Assembly (NCBI GenBank): GCA_963826785.1
Contig: CAWGYD010000010.1
Location: 1 to 64,000 of the forward strand
Length of the DNA: 64,000 nt
Direction: 5' to 3'
Origin: an uncultured delta proteobacterium
Lineage (GTDB): Bacteria > Desulfobacterota > Desulfobacteria > Desulfobacterales > Desulfosalsimonadaceae
The first letter of the stretch is position 1. Each line of letters begins with the position of its first letter. Below, piece after piece: positions 18,537 to 27,583 of the stretch. The position numbers and the translations under genes are program-made. Under the pieces are notes generated by a model. That model was not told where the DNA came from, did no database searches, and was given only the letters and a program-made list of their open reading frames with translations.

Positions 18537-18917
18537 TCACTCCGGTGAAAACCGGAGTCTATAACCAACTTAGTTTGTAGTAGATTCCGGCCTCCGCCGG
18601 AATGACGAAAGCGTAAAATCCGACTTTTTACGGCTTCATCATTACTGCCCGCGGTTCTTTACCATAAGGTTAAATGCCGGGCTTTGCATGCAAATACAAA
18701 AAAAACAGCAATCATCATGATTTGAAAGTTTTACCCGCTTTTCTTTTCGCCTTGCCCGGGAATTTGCATAATGGGCAAAAATCATTATCAATTAACGAAT
18801 ATGATATAAAAAATATACTTGAACAATTCAAGGGGTATTGGTAACTCAGGTTTCATCATCCATAAAATCAGCGGCTGCATTAAATTGCCGGCCGCACAGC
18901 ACGGGAAAGGGAATCTC

Positions 18918-20078
18918 TTGGGAAAAAAAGCGCTGATTACCGGCATCACCGGTCAGGACGGGGCGTACCTGGCTGAATTTCTGATGGACAAGGGGTACTC
19001 CGAAGTTCACGGCATCAAGCGGCGGTCATCGCTGTTCAACACCCAGCGGGTGGATCATCTGTATCAGGACCCCCATGAGCAGAACCTGCGGTTTGTCTTG
19101 CATTACGGTGATCTGACCGATGCCGCCAACCTGGTGCGCATCGTCCAGGAAACCCAGCCGGACGAAATTTACAACCTGGCGGCCCAGAGCCACGTCAAGG
19201 TGTCTTTCGAGTCCCCGGAATACACGGCAAATGCCGACGCTCTGGGCACACTGCGGCTGCTGGAAGCCGTCCGCATCCTGGGAATGGAAAAAAGGGTCCG
19301 TTTCTATCAGGCCTCCACTTCCGAACTGTACGGTCAGGTCCAGGAAATTCCCCAGACCGAAAAAACCCCTTTTTATCCCCGTTCCCCCTATGCATGCGCC
19401 AAGCTATACGCCTACTGGTGCACGGTCAATTACCGGGAAGCTTACAATATGTTCGCCTGCAACGGGATCTTGTTCAACCACGAATCGCCCAGTCGCGGCG
19501 AAACCTTTGTCACCCGCAAGATCACCCGCGCCGTGTCCCGAATCGCCCTGGGCCTGGAGCGCCATCTGTACTTAGGCAATTTGGACGCGCTGCGCGACTG
19601 GGGACATGCCAAAGACTTTATCCGGGCCCAGTGGATGATCCTGCAGCAGGATACCCCGGATGACTATGTGATCGCCACCGGCGTTCAGCATTCGGTCAAG
19701 GAGTTTTGTGAAAAGGCCTTTTCCTGCATCGGCGTCCGGCTGGCCTGGAAAGGGGAGGGGATCGATGAAAAAGGGGTGGTCGACAGCATCCGACCCTCCG
19801 AGATGATGGAGACGCTGCCGGTAAAGAATGAAATCCAGTCCCTGAAAAAGGGGCAGGCGGTGATTTCGGTCGACCCGCGCTATTTCCGCCCCACGGAGGT
19901 TGAAACCCTGCTGGGCGATCCGTCCAAGGCCAAACAGAACCTGGGGTGGAAACCGGAAATCACGTTTGAGGAAATGGTGTCCGAGATGGTGGCCCATGAT
20001 CTCACCGAATCGGCCCGCGAGGCCATCTGCCGGAGAAACGGATTTCCCGTGCCCTCCAGCTGCGAAGCGCTGATGTAA
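18918..20078 (+). CDS. gmd: GDP-mannose 4,6-dehydratase
   Basis: [43 protein letters not shown] and RDWGHA. Probable TTG start after a GGAAAGGG SD. Confidence 0.96.
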   Translation: MGKKALITGITGQDGAYLAEFLMDKGYSEVHGIKRRSSLFNTQRVDHLYQDPHEQNLRFVLHYGDLTDAANLVRIVQETQPDEIYNLAAQSHVKVSFESPEYTANADALGTLRLLEAVRILGMEKRVRFYQASTSELYGQVQEIPQTEKTPFYPRSPYACAKLYAYWCTVNYREAYNMFACNGILFNHESPSRGETFVTRKITRAVSRIALGLERHLYLGNLDALRDWGHAKDFIRAQWMILQQDTPDDYVIATGVQHSVKEFCEKAFSCIGVRLAWKGEGIDEKGVVDSIRPSEMMETLPVKNEIQSLKKGQAVISVDPRYFRPTEVETLLGDPSKAKQNLGWKPEITFEEMVSEMVAHDLTESAREAICRRNGFPVPSSCEALM

Positions 20079-20091
20079 TGAGGAGGCCCTG

Positions 20092-21057
20092 ATGGAAAAG
20101 CATTCGAGAATATATGTTGCCGGGCATGACGGGCTGGTGGGGTCGGCCCTGATGCGGAAATTGACCGCAGATGGATATGACCACCTGATCACCCGCAATC
20201 TCAAGGAACTCGATCTTCGCTGCCAGGAGGCGGTGGATGAGTTTTTTGCAGCCGAAAAGCCCGAATACCTGATCCTGGCGGCAGCCAGGGTGGGGGGGAT
20301 CGTGGCCAACAACACCTATCCGGCCGAATTCATCTATGACAACCTGATGATTCAGACCAACATCATTCACGCGGCCTGGAAAAACGGGGTCAAGCGGCTG
20401 GTGTTTCTGGGCTCTTCCTGCATCTATCCCCGGGAATGCCCCCAGCCCATCAAGGAATCGTATCTGCTCACCGGGCCCCTGGAGGCCACAAACGAACCGT
20501 ACGCCATCGCTAAAATCGCCGGCATCAAAGTCTGCCAGTCCTATAACCGCCAGTACGATACCGGCTATTTTGCCGTCATGCCCACCAACATGTACGGCCC
20601 CCATGACAATTTCGACCTGGAGACCAGCCATGTGCTGCCCGCCCTGATCCGGAAATTTCACGAGGCCAAGGTCAGAAAAGATCCGGCCGTAACCCTGTGG
20701 GGCACCGGAACCCCCCGCCGGGAATTTCTCCACGTGGATGATTTTGCCGATGCATGCCTGTTTATCATCAACCTGGATGAGCCGGCCTATCAGTCGCTGG
20801 TGGCAGACGGGCGGACCCCGCTGATGAATATCGGATGCGGCCTGGATATCACCATCGCCGAACTGGCCGATCTGATCCGCGAAATTGTGGGATACACCGG
20901 GGACATCGTCTATGACAAAACCCGGCCGGACGGCACGCCCCAGAAACTGCTGGATGTCTCCCGCCTGGCCGAAATCGGCTGGAAATATTCCATCTCCCTG
21001 CGGGAGGGGATTTCCCGGACATATCGGTGGTGCCTGGAAAATCGTGTTTTTGGATAG
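20092..21057 (+). CDS. fcl: GDP-L-fucose synthase
   Basis: YVAGHDGLVGSA, AARVGGI, LGSSCIYP, YAIAKIAG, PTNMYGP.DNF and REFLHVDD. Confidence 0.96.
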   Translation: MEKHSRIYVAGHDGLVGSALMRKLTADGYDHLITRNLKELDLRCQEAVDEFFAAEKPEYLILAAARVGGIVANNTYPAEFIYDNLMIQTNIIHAAWKNGVKRLVFLGSSCIYPRECPQPIKESYLLTGPLEATNEPYAIAKIAGIKVCQSYNRQYDTGYFAVMPTNMYGPHDNFDLETSHVLPALIRKFHEAKVRKDPAVTLWGTGTPRREFLHVDDFADACLFIINLDEPAYQSLVADGRTPLMNIGCGLDITIAELADLIREIVGYTGDIVYDKTRPDGTPQKLLDVSRLAEIGWKYSISLREGISRTYRWCLENRVFG

Positions 21058-21121
21058 CGTCCGCAGGTTGCACAAAGAGACGGCGTCTTATTGGGAGGAT
21101 TTATATCATCCGAATATTTAA

Positions 21122-21153
21122 CTGGATTCCGGCTAAAAGACTGCCGGAATGAC
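21122..21153. repeat. Solo REP-like hairpin
   Basis: CTGGATTCCGGCTAAAAGACTGCCGGAATGAC, near-identical to 8478-8509. Confidence 0.75.
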
Positions 21154-21286
21154 GGAGCGGATGGACGCAGAGGAGATGCTATATTAATTTAGGGCCTATG
21201 CCCCCTCAACAGGGGATGAAGGGGGCGTTGGACCTTAGGTCAGCCATAAATCAAACATTTATCTCATTTACAAACGTTTATAGACT

Positions 21287-21327
21287 AAAAAGAGCGGCTC
21301 CCCACAATGAGGGAAGCCGCTCTTTTT
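21287..21327. terminator. Bidirectional intrinsic terminator between fcl and the EF-G paralogue
   Basis: AAAAAGAGCGGCT-CCC...GGGAAGCCGCTCTTTTT. Confidence 0.75.
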
Positions 21328-21360
21328 CGTTGGGCAGGGCTGAATCAAAAAAACCGATTG

Positions 21361-23421
21361 TTATTCTTTTTCCTTGGCTGCCGCGTCGATGATTTTCTGG
21401 GCCATCTGGGCCGGGACTTCGTCATAATGGGAAAATTTCATGGAAAAAATGCCCCGGCCGCCGGTCATGGAGCGAAGATCCGGCGCATAGGTGAGCATTT
21501 CCGACATGGGGACGTTGGCCCGCACCACCTGATTCTTTCCCTTGGTATCCATTCCGAGCACCCGGCCGCGCCGGCCGTTGAGGTCGCCCATGATGTCGCC
21601 CATGAAGTCTTCCGGGGTGACCACTTCCACTTCCATGATGGGCTCGAGGAGTATGGGATTGGCCTGTTCCACGGCTTTTTTAAATGCCAGCGACCCGGCG
21701 ATTTTAAAGGCCATTTCCGATGAGTCCACCGCATGGTAGGAGCCGTCATCCAGGATGGCTTTGAAATCGATGCAGGGAAATCCGGCCAGGACTCCCCGCT
21801 GCGCCGCCTCGATGATGCCCTTTTCCACTGCCGGGATATAGGTCCGGGGAATCGATCCGCCCACGACCTGGTCCACGAATTCAAAGCCTTCCCCCTTGGG
21901 CAGGGGCTCGAACTGGACCCAGCAGTCGCCGAACTGGCCATGGCCGCCGGTCTGCTTTTTGTGCCGTCCCTGGACGCGGACTTTCTTCTTGATGGTTTCC
22001 TTGTAGGGGACCTTGGGAATGGTCAGGGTGACTTCCACGTTGTATTTGCGCTTGAGTTTTTCCACGGTGGATTCGATGTGGATCTGCCCCATCCCGGTGA
22101 TCAGGGTCTCGCGGGTTTCCTCGCTTCTTTCCAGACGCAGGGCCGGGTCTTCCTCCATCAATTTGGCCAGGGAGCTGAAAATTTTATCCTCATCACCTTG
22201 CGATTTGGGTACGATGGCATAGGTGACGGCCCCGTCAAGCGGCTGCGCGGATTGAAACAGGATTTTGTTGTCCGGGTCGCACAGCGTGTCTCCGGTTTTG
22301 GTTTCCTTGAGCTTGGCCACGGCCACGATATCGCCGGGTCCGGCACCGTCCACCGGCTTCTGTTCCTTGCCGGTCAGGCGCAGCAGCTGGGAAAAACGCT
22401 CCTTGGCGTCCTTGTTCACATTGTAAAAATTGCCGTCGCCGCCCAGTTTTCCGGAAATCACCTTTAAAACCGTCAATCGGCCGGAGTAGGGGTCGGCAAT
22501 GGTTTTAAACACCAGTGCGGAAAACGGCTCGGCCGGATCGGGGTTCCGGGTGATTTCATTTTCAGTTCCGGGCTCGACGCCCGTTCTTCCGGCGGTTTCC
22601 ACCGGTGAGGGGAATGCATCGACGATAAAGTCGCACAGCAGGTCGGCACCGATGTTGTTGATGGCCGATCCGCAGAGGACCGGGACAAAGGTCCGGTTTA
22701 AAGTCCCTTTTCGAAGCGCACCGATGATTTCCTCGTGGGACAGGGTTTCCCCTTCCAGATATTTCTCCACCAGTTCATCATCGGCTTCGGCAATGTTTTC
22801 CACCAGGGCTTCGTGCTCTTTTTCCGCCATTTCCTTAAGATCAGCGGGAATGTCGCCGGCCGTGGCCTTGCCGTTGTCATAGGTGAAGGCTTTCATGGCG
22901 ATCAGATCGATCACGCCTTTGAAGTCGCTTTCCTTTCCAATGGGCAGTTGAAGGAGAATCGGTTTGGGATCAAATAGTTCCACGGCTTCATTGAAGGTTT
23001 TCATGAAGTCTGCGCGTTCCCGGTCGACCTTGTTGATGAAGATGCACACCGGGAGATTGAACTCTTCGGCAAAATCCCACGCCTGCTCTGACTGAACCTT
23101 TACCCCGTCCACTGCATCGATCACCAGAACCACACTGTCCGCCGCCTGCATGGAAAGCCGCGTATCCGAAAAGAAATTCTGATCACCGGGCGTGTCCATA
23201 ATCGTCACCGCGTGCTTCTTCCACGGAAACTGGTGAAAAGCGGTGCTGATGGAAGATCCCCGTTTAAGTTCCTCCGGCTCAAAATCCATCACGGCATTTT
23301 TCGCATCCACACTTCCCAGTCGGTTGGTCACCCCGGCATCAAACAGCATCGCTTCAGCCAGAGATGTTTTTCCACCCCCGCCATGTCCGATCAATGCAAT
23401 GTTCCTTGATTTTTCAGTCAT
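21361..23421 (-). CDS. fusA: Elongation factor G paralogue (EF-G2/FusA2-like)
   Basis: Five-domain EF-G architecture (RNIALIGHGGGGKT, NKVD, GMGQIH, KKQTGGHGQFG, DGSYHAVDSSE, LRSMTGGRG). Switch motifs are divergent and the gene is outside the str operon. Confidence 0.9.
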   Translation of the reverse strand: MTEKSRNIALIGHGGGGKTSLAEAMLFDAGVTNRLGSVDAKNAVMDFEPEELKRGSSISTAFHQFPWKKHAVTIMDTPGDQNFFSDTRLSMQAADSVVLVIDAVDGVKVQSEQAWDFAEEFNLPVCIFINKVDRERADFMKTFNEAVELFDPKPILLQLPIGKESDFKGVIDLIAMKAFTYDNGKATAGDIPADLKEMAEKEHEALVENIAEADDELVEKYLEGETLSHEEIIGALRKGTLNRTFVPVLCGSAINNIGADLLCDFIVDAFPSPVETAGRTGVEPGTENEITRNPDPAEPFSALVFKTIADPYSGRLTVLKVISGKLGGDGNFYNVNKDAKERFSQLLRLTGKEQKPVDGAGPGDIVAVAKLKETKTGDTLCDPDNKILFQSAQPLDGAVTYAIVPKSQGDEDKIFSSLAKLMEEDPALRLERSEETRETLITGMGQIHIESTVEKLKRKYNVEVTLTIPKVPYKETIKKKVRVQGRHKKQTGGHGQFGDCWVQFEPLPKGEGFEFVDQVVGGSIPRTYIPAVEKGIIEAAQRGVLAGFPCIDFKAILDDGSYHAVDSSEMAFKIAGSLAFKKAVEQANPILLEPIMEVEVVTPEDFMGDIMGDLNGRRGRVLGMDTKGKNQVVRANVPMSEMLTYAPDLRSMTGGRGIFSMKFSHYDEVPAQMAQKIIDAAAKEKE

Positions 23422-23479
23422 TTTGGTAATTCAACTCCTCTCTGCCAATTTATGGTGTCGTCCTTTGAAATACAATTTT

Positions 23480-23612
23480 GATGAAGCCGTAAAAAGTCGG
23501 ATTTTACGCTTTCGTCATTCCGGCGGAGGCCGGAATCTGACTACAAACTAAGTTGGTTATAGACTCCGGTTTTCACCGGAGTGACGAACTTTGGACTTTT
23601 TACGGGTTCATC
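23480..23612 (-). mobile_element. MITE (reverse orientation), TSD AATTTT
   Basis: Terminal inverted repeats GATGAAGCCGTAAAAAGTC...GACTTTTTACGGGTTCATC, two internal hairpins, and AATTTT on both flanks. Confidence 0.9.
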
Positions 23613-23690
23613 AATTTTCAATTATTATATAAATGAATTAAAAAAATCAAGACTTAAAGATATATAAAATGAAATGGTTGTAGATACTTA

Positions 23691-24446
23691 TCATTCTGGC
23701 GGGACGCTTTTGCCCAGGAGGATCAGAAACTCACGGTTCCCTTTGGGGCCAAGGACAGGGGAAGGGAGCAGCGCCTCCCGGGTCAGGCCCGATTCGGCAA
23801 AAAACCGGGTCAACCCGGAAATCACGCTCTGGTGAAGATCGGCATCCCGGACCACGCCGCCCTTGCCCACCTGCCCCTTTCCCACTTCAAACTGGGGCTT
23901 GATCAATGCAAGGATGCGGCCGTCGGGTTTTAAGAATGGGATGATCGCCGGAACCACGATTTTAAGGGAAATGAAAGAAACATCGATGGTCACCAGATCA
24001 AACGGCTCAGGAAAAAGATCTGGCGTCGCATACCGGATATTGGTCCGCTCGATGACGGTGACCCGTGGATCCTGGCGCAATTTCCAATCCAGCTGGCCGT
24101 AGCCCACGTCCACCGCCCACACCCGGGCTGCGCCCTTCTGGAGCAGGCAGTCGGTGAATCCGCCGGTGGATGCGCCCGCATCCAGGCAGGTGAACCCGGA
24201 AACATCCAGATGGGTGGCCTCGAGGGCATGGGCCAGTTTCAGCCCCCCCCGGCTCACATAGGGCATATCCGGCTCTTTATTGACGATGCGTGCGTTTTCG
24301 GCCACCAGGGTCCCGGGTTTGTCCACGATCCGATCATCCACCAGGATATTGCCGGACATGATCAGGGATTTGGCCCGCTGCCGGCTTGCCGCTATCCCTT
24401 TCTGCTCAAGGAGCACATCAATTCTGACTTTGTTTATCGGGGACAT
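23691..24446 (-). CDS. tlyA: TlyA-family rRNA 2'-O-methyltransferase
   Basis: S4 domain, YVSRGGLKL, LDAGASTGGFTD, DVSFISL, LIKPQFE and GPKGNREF. Confidence 0.93.
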   Translation of the reverse strand: MSPINKVRIDVLLEQKGIAASRQRAKSLIMSGNILVDDRIVDKPGTLVAENARIVNKEPDMPYVSRGGLKLAHALEATHLDVSGFTCLDAGASTGGFTDCLLQKGAARVWAVDVGYGQLDWKLRQDPRVTVIERTNIRYATPDLFPEPFDLVTIDVSFISLKIVVPAIIPFLKPDGRILALIKPQFEVGKGQVGKGGVVRDADLHQSVISGLTRFFAESGLTREALLPSPVLGPKGNREFLILLGKSVPPE

Positions 24447-26361
24447 CGAGGGCCAGGTGATCGTGGAGTTGACCGGCCAGAAAGGAAATCGCCGTTTGCG
24501 CAATGCCCTGGGGATCGAGACCGTATTTGGCTCTCAGGATCTGACGGGCGCCGTGTTCCACATAGGTGTCCGGAATTCCGATGCGCTTGATCCGGTTTCC
24601 AAATATGTCCGCCTCATGGAGTGCTTCGATGACCGCACTGCCGAATCCGCCGTGGCATGCATTTTCTTCGACGGTCAAAATGGACGGGATTTTTTGGGCC
24701 AGTGATCCGATCAGTTCGATATCGATGGGTTTGACGAAACGGCAGTTGACCACTGTGGCGGAAATTCCTTCAGCCGCCAGCAGTTCCCGGGCGGCTGCGG
24801 CATCGAAAACCGCGCTGCCGATGGCCAGGATGAGCAGATCATCTCCTTTGGCAATGATTTCGGCTTTGCCGATTTCAAGGGGCAGGGCAGGCTCATCTGA
24901 AAGGGCCGCGGGGACCGGTCCCCGCGGATACCGGAAGGCGGCAGGTCCCGGATGGTTTATGGCCGTTACGATCATGCGCCTGAGTTCATCGCCATCCTTG
25001 GGGGCCATGACCACCATGTTGGGAATGCAGCGAAGATAGGAATAATCGAATAATCCGTGGTGGGTGGGGCCGTCCTCGCCCACCATTCCGCCCCGGTCCA
25101 CGGCAAAGGTGACCGGCAGGGATTCGAGGCAGACATCATGGATGATCTGGTCATAGGCCCGCTGGAGAAAGGTGGAATAGATCGCCACCACCGGCTTGAG
25201 TCCTTCTTTGGCCAGTCCGGCGGCAAAGGTCACCCCGTGGGCTTCGGCAATGCCGACATCATAGAACCGGTCCGGATAGGTCCGGCAGAAATCCACCAGG
25301 CCGGTTCCTTCCGGCATGGCTGCCGTTACGGCGATGATCTTGGGATCCGCAGCAGCCATTTCCACCATGGTTTTACCGAAAACCGAGGTATAGGAGGGAA
25401 GGGTGCAGCCCGACGAAATCCGGTTTCCGGTCTTGACTTCGAAACAATCGATGCCGTGAAAATAGACCGGGTTTTTTTCAGCCGGCGCGTATCCCCGGCC
25501 TTTCTGGGTAACGATGTGCAGGAGCACCGGTTCATCCAGGTGGCGGATGTTGTTTAAAATATCGATGAGCTGATCGAGCCGGTGCCCTTTGATGGGACCG
25601 AAATATTCGAAATTGAAGGCTTCAAACAGGATGCCGGGGGTGATAAATGCCTTGAAGGACTCTTCCGTGCGCTTGGCGAACTGATAGGCATCCTGGCCGA
25701 TCCCGGGCAGGGAACGGAGCAGTTCACCGAATTCCTTGCGCAGGTCCTGGAGATATTTGGCCGAAAAGGTGCGGCTCATCAAAGAGGAGAGGGCGCCCAC
25801 ATTTTTGGCAATGGACAGCTCGTTGTCATTTAAGATGACAATCATGTCCTTGTGGATGTCGCCCGCCTGGTTCATCCCTTCAAAGGCGAGCCCGCCGGTC
25901 ATGGAACCGTCTCCGATAACGGAAATCACCTTGGATGATTCGCCTTTGAGCCGCTTGGCCGTGGCAATCCCCAGTCCGGCTGAAATCGAAGTGCTGGAAT
26001 GGCCCGTGGAAAATGCATCATAGGGGCTTTCCGTGATTTTCGGAAATCCCGAAAGCCCCCCGTACTGCCGGATCGTATGAAACCGGTCTTTTCTTCCGGT
26101 CAGCAGTTTATGGGTATAAGATTGGTGGCCCACATCCCAGACGATTTTATCCGTGGGGACGTCAAAAACATAGTGCAGGGCGATGCTCAGTTCCACCACC
26201 CCGAGATTGGAGGCCAGGTGCCCTCCGTTCTTTGATACCACCTCCACGATCCGCTGCCGGATTTCTTTGGCCAGTTCGGGCAGTTCCTCACGGGAAAGCT
26301 GTTTTAAGTCTTTTGGCGAATTGATTCTATCAAGAAAGTTCAATTCAGGCGACTCCTCCAT
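24418..26361 (-). CDS. dxs: 1-deoxy-D-xylulose-5-phosphate synthase
   Basis: GGHLASNLGVVEL, WDVGHQSY.HK, GHSSTSIS, GDGSMTGG, DVGIAE and GEDGPTH. Exact start uncertain. Confidence 0.96.
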   Translation of the reverse strand: MEESPELNFLDRINSPKDLKQLSREELPELAKEIRQRIVEVVSKNGGHLASNLGVVELSIALHYVFDVPTDKIVWDVGHQSYTHKLLTGRKDRFHTIRQYGGLSGFPKITESPYDAFSTGHSSTSISAGLGIATAKRLKGESSKVISVIGDGSMTGGLAFEGMNQAGDIHKDMIVILNDNELSIAKNVGALSSLMSRTFSAKYLQDLRKEFGELLRSLPGIGQDAYQFAKRTEESFKAFITPGILFEAFNFEYFGPIKGHRLDQLIDILNNIRHLDEPVLLHIVTQKGRGYAPAEKNPVYFHGIDCFEVKTGNRISSGCTLPSYTSVFGKTMVEMAAADPKIIAVTAAMPEGTGLVDFCRTYPDRFYDVGIAEAHGVTFAAGLAKEGLKPVVAIYSTFLQRAYDQIIHDVCLESLPVTFAVDRGGMVGEDGPTHHGLFDYSYLRCIPNMVVMAPKDGDELRRMIVTAINHPGPAAFRYPRGPVPAALSDEPALPLEIGKAEIIAKGDDLLILAIGSAVFDAAAARELLAAEGISATVVNCRFVKPIDIELIGSLAQKIPSILTVEENACHGGFGSAVIEALHEADIFGNRIKRIGIPDTYVEHGARQILRAKYGLDPQGIAQTAISFLAGQLHDHLALDVPDKQSQN

Positions 26362-26419
26362 AGATTTCAATATCAGTACCGAATAACATAAGTATAAGGA
26401 CGATGAAATTTACGACAAA

Positions 26420-27337
26420 TCACCGCTTCCGGTGAATGACGTAATCGGCCAGCGCGGAAAGCGGATTCGACTTGTTATCAAAAAATTCCAGCGCTTGCAA
26501 GGCATTGTTTATCAGGCGGGCGGCGAATTCTCTGGAGGGTTCAAGGCCCAGAATGCCCGGATAGGTGGATTTGAGACGGGACTGGTCCGTGCCGGTGGCT
26601 TTGCCCATGATTTCGGCATCGCCCTCCACGTTTAAAATATCATCCGTGACCTGAAACGCGAGCCCGATATTTTTTGCATATTGATCGAGATGTGCAATCT
26701 GCTCTTCGCCGGCACCGGCCAGTAAGGCCCCCGACAGAACCGATGCCCGGATCAGCGCCCCGGTTTTGAGCAGATGGATTTCTTTAAGCGATTCAAGTCC
26801 GACTGAATTTCCTTCCGCCGCGATATCGAGCATCTGCCCCTGGATCATCCCCCGGCAGCCGGAATTGACGGCAAGCAGATGAATGACCCGGAGAAAACGG
26901 CCATGCGGTTTATCGGATTTCAGCGCGGCGGCGGCAATCTGTTCGAATGCCGCGGTGAGGAGGGCGTCTCCTGCCAGAATGGCGGTGGCCTCGTCAAACC
27001 GGACATGGCAGGTGGGGTTTCCCCGGCGAAGATCGTCGTCATCCATGGCCGGAAGATCATCGTGGATGAGGGAATAGGTGTGGATCATTTCAAGCGCACA
27101 GGCGGCAATCATGACATCCGCGTCGGACGGTTCCGCGCCGGTCAGTTCGGCTCCGGCCAGACAGAGGATCGGCCGGAGGCGCTTGCCGTTTGCCATCAGG
27201 GAATAGCGCATGGCCTCTGTGATGCGGTCGTGATCATGTGTTGTTTCCAGGATATTCTGGAGAAACCGGTTGATGTCTTTTCGTTTCTGATCCAGGTATG
27301 CCCCGAAATCAAACTGGCCCGCGCGACGTTTTGTCAC
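26420..27337 (-). CDS. ispA: Farnesyl diphosphate synthase / geranyltranstransferase
   Basis: GKRLRP, HTYSLIHDDLPAMDDDDLRRG, GQMLD, KTGAL and FQVTDDIL, in xseB-ispA-dxs synteny. Confidence 0.93.
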   Translation of the reverse strand: MTKRRAGQFDFGAYLDQKRKDINRFLQNILETTHDHDRITEAMRYSLMANGKRLRPILCLAGAELTGAEPSDADVMIAACALEMIHTYSLIHDDLPAMDDDDLRRGNPTCHVRFDEATAILAGDALLTAAFEQIAAAALKSDKPHGRFLRVIHLLAVNSGCRGMIQGQMLDIAAEGNSVGLESLKEIHLLKTGALIRASVLSGALLAGAGEEQIAHLDQYAKNIGLAFQVTDDILNVEGDAEIMGKATGTDQSRLKSTYPGILGLEPSREFAARLINNALQALEFFDNKSNPLSALADYVIHRKR

Positions 27338-27583
27338 CTAATCTTCCTCAATATCCGTTTCCCCGCTTGAAAACGGGACTTCTTTGATGCAGCCGTTATG
27401 ATCTTTTAATAAAAGATTGACCTTTTTTTCCGTCTCTTCAAGTTTTTCCAGGCAGAATTTGGATAAAGAAACGCCTTCCTCGAATTTTTTCAGGGCCTTT
27501 TCCAGCGGCAGATCGCCGCCTTCGATTTCCTCGATGATCTTTTCGAGCTGGGTCATGGATTCTTCAAATGTTTTCTTTGCCAT
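27338..27583 (-). CDS. xseB: Exodeoxyribonuclease VII small subunit
   Basis: TFEESMTQLEKII..IE.GDLPLE.AL..FEEG..L. Confidence 0.93.
   Translation of the reverse strand: MAKKTFEESMTQLEKIIEEIEGGDLPLEKALKKFEEGVSLSKFCLEKLEETEKKVNLLLKDHNGCIKEVPFSSGETDIEED

Larger units (their letters stand above)
16661..18640 (+). mobile_element. MITE copy interrupted by the group II intron (halves 16661-16688 and 18537-18640)
   Basis: Joining the two halves restores the element seen at 29415-29546. Flanks are ATTATT and ATTACT (imperfect TSD). Confidence 0.9.

Noticed and set aside
16828..18564. 578-aa plus-strand ORF
   Set aside because: It is the antisense shadow of the intron RT gene and ribozyme, with no recognisable motifs.
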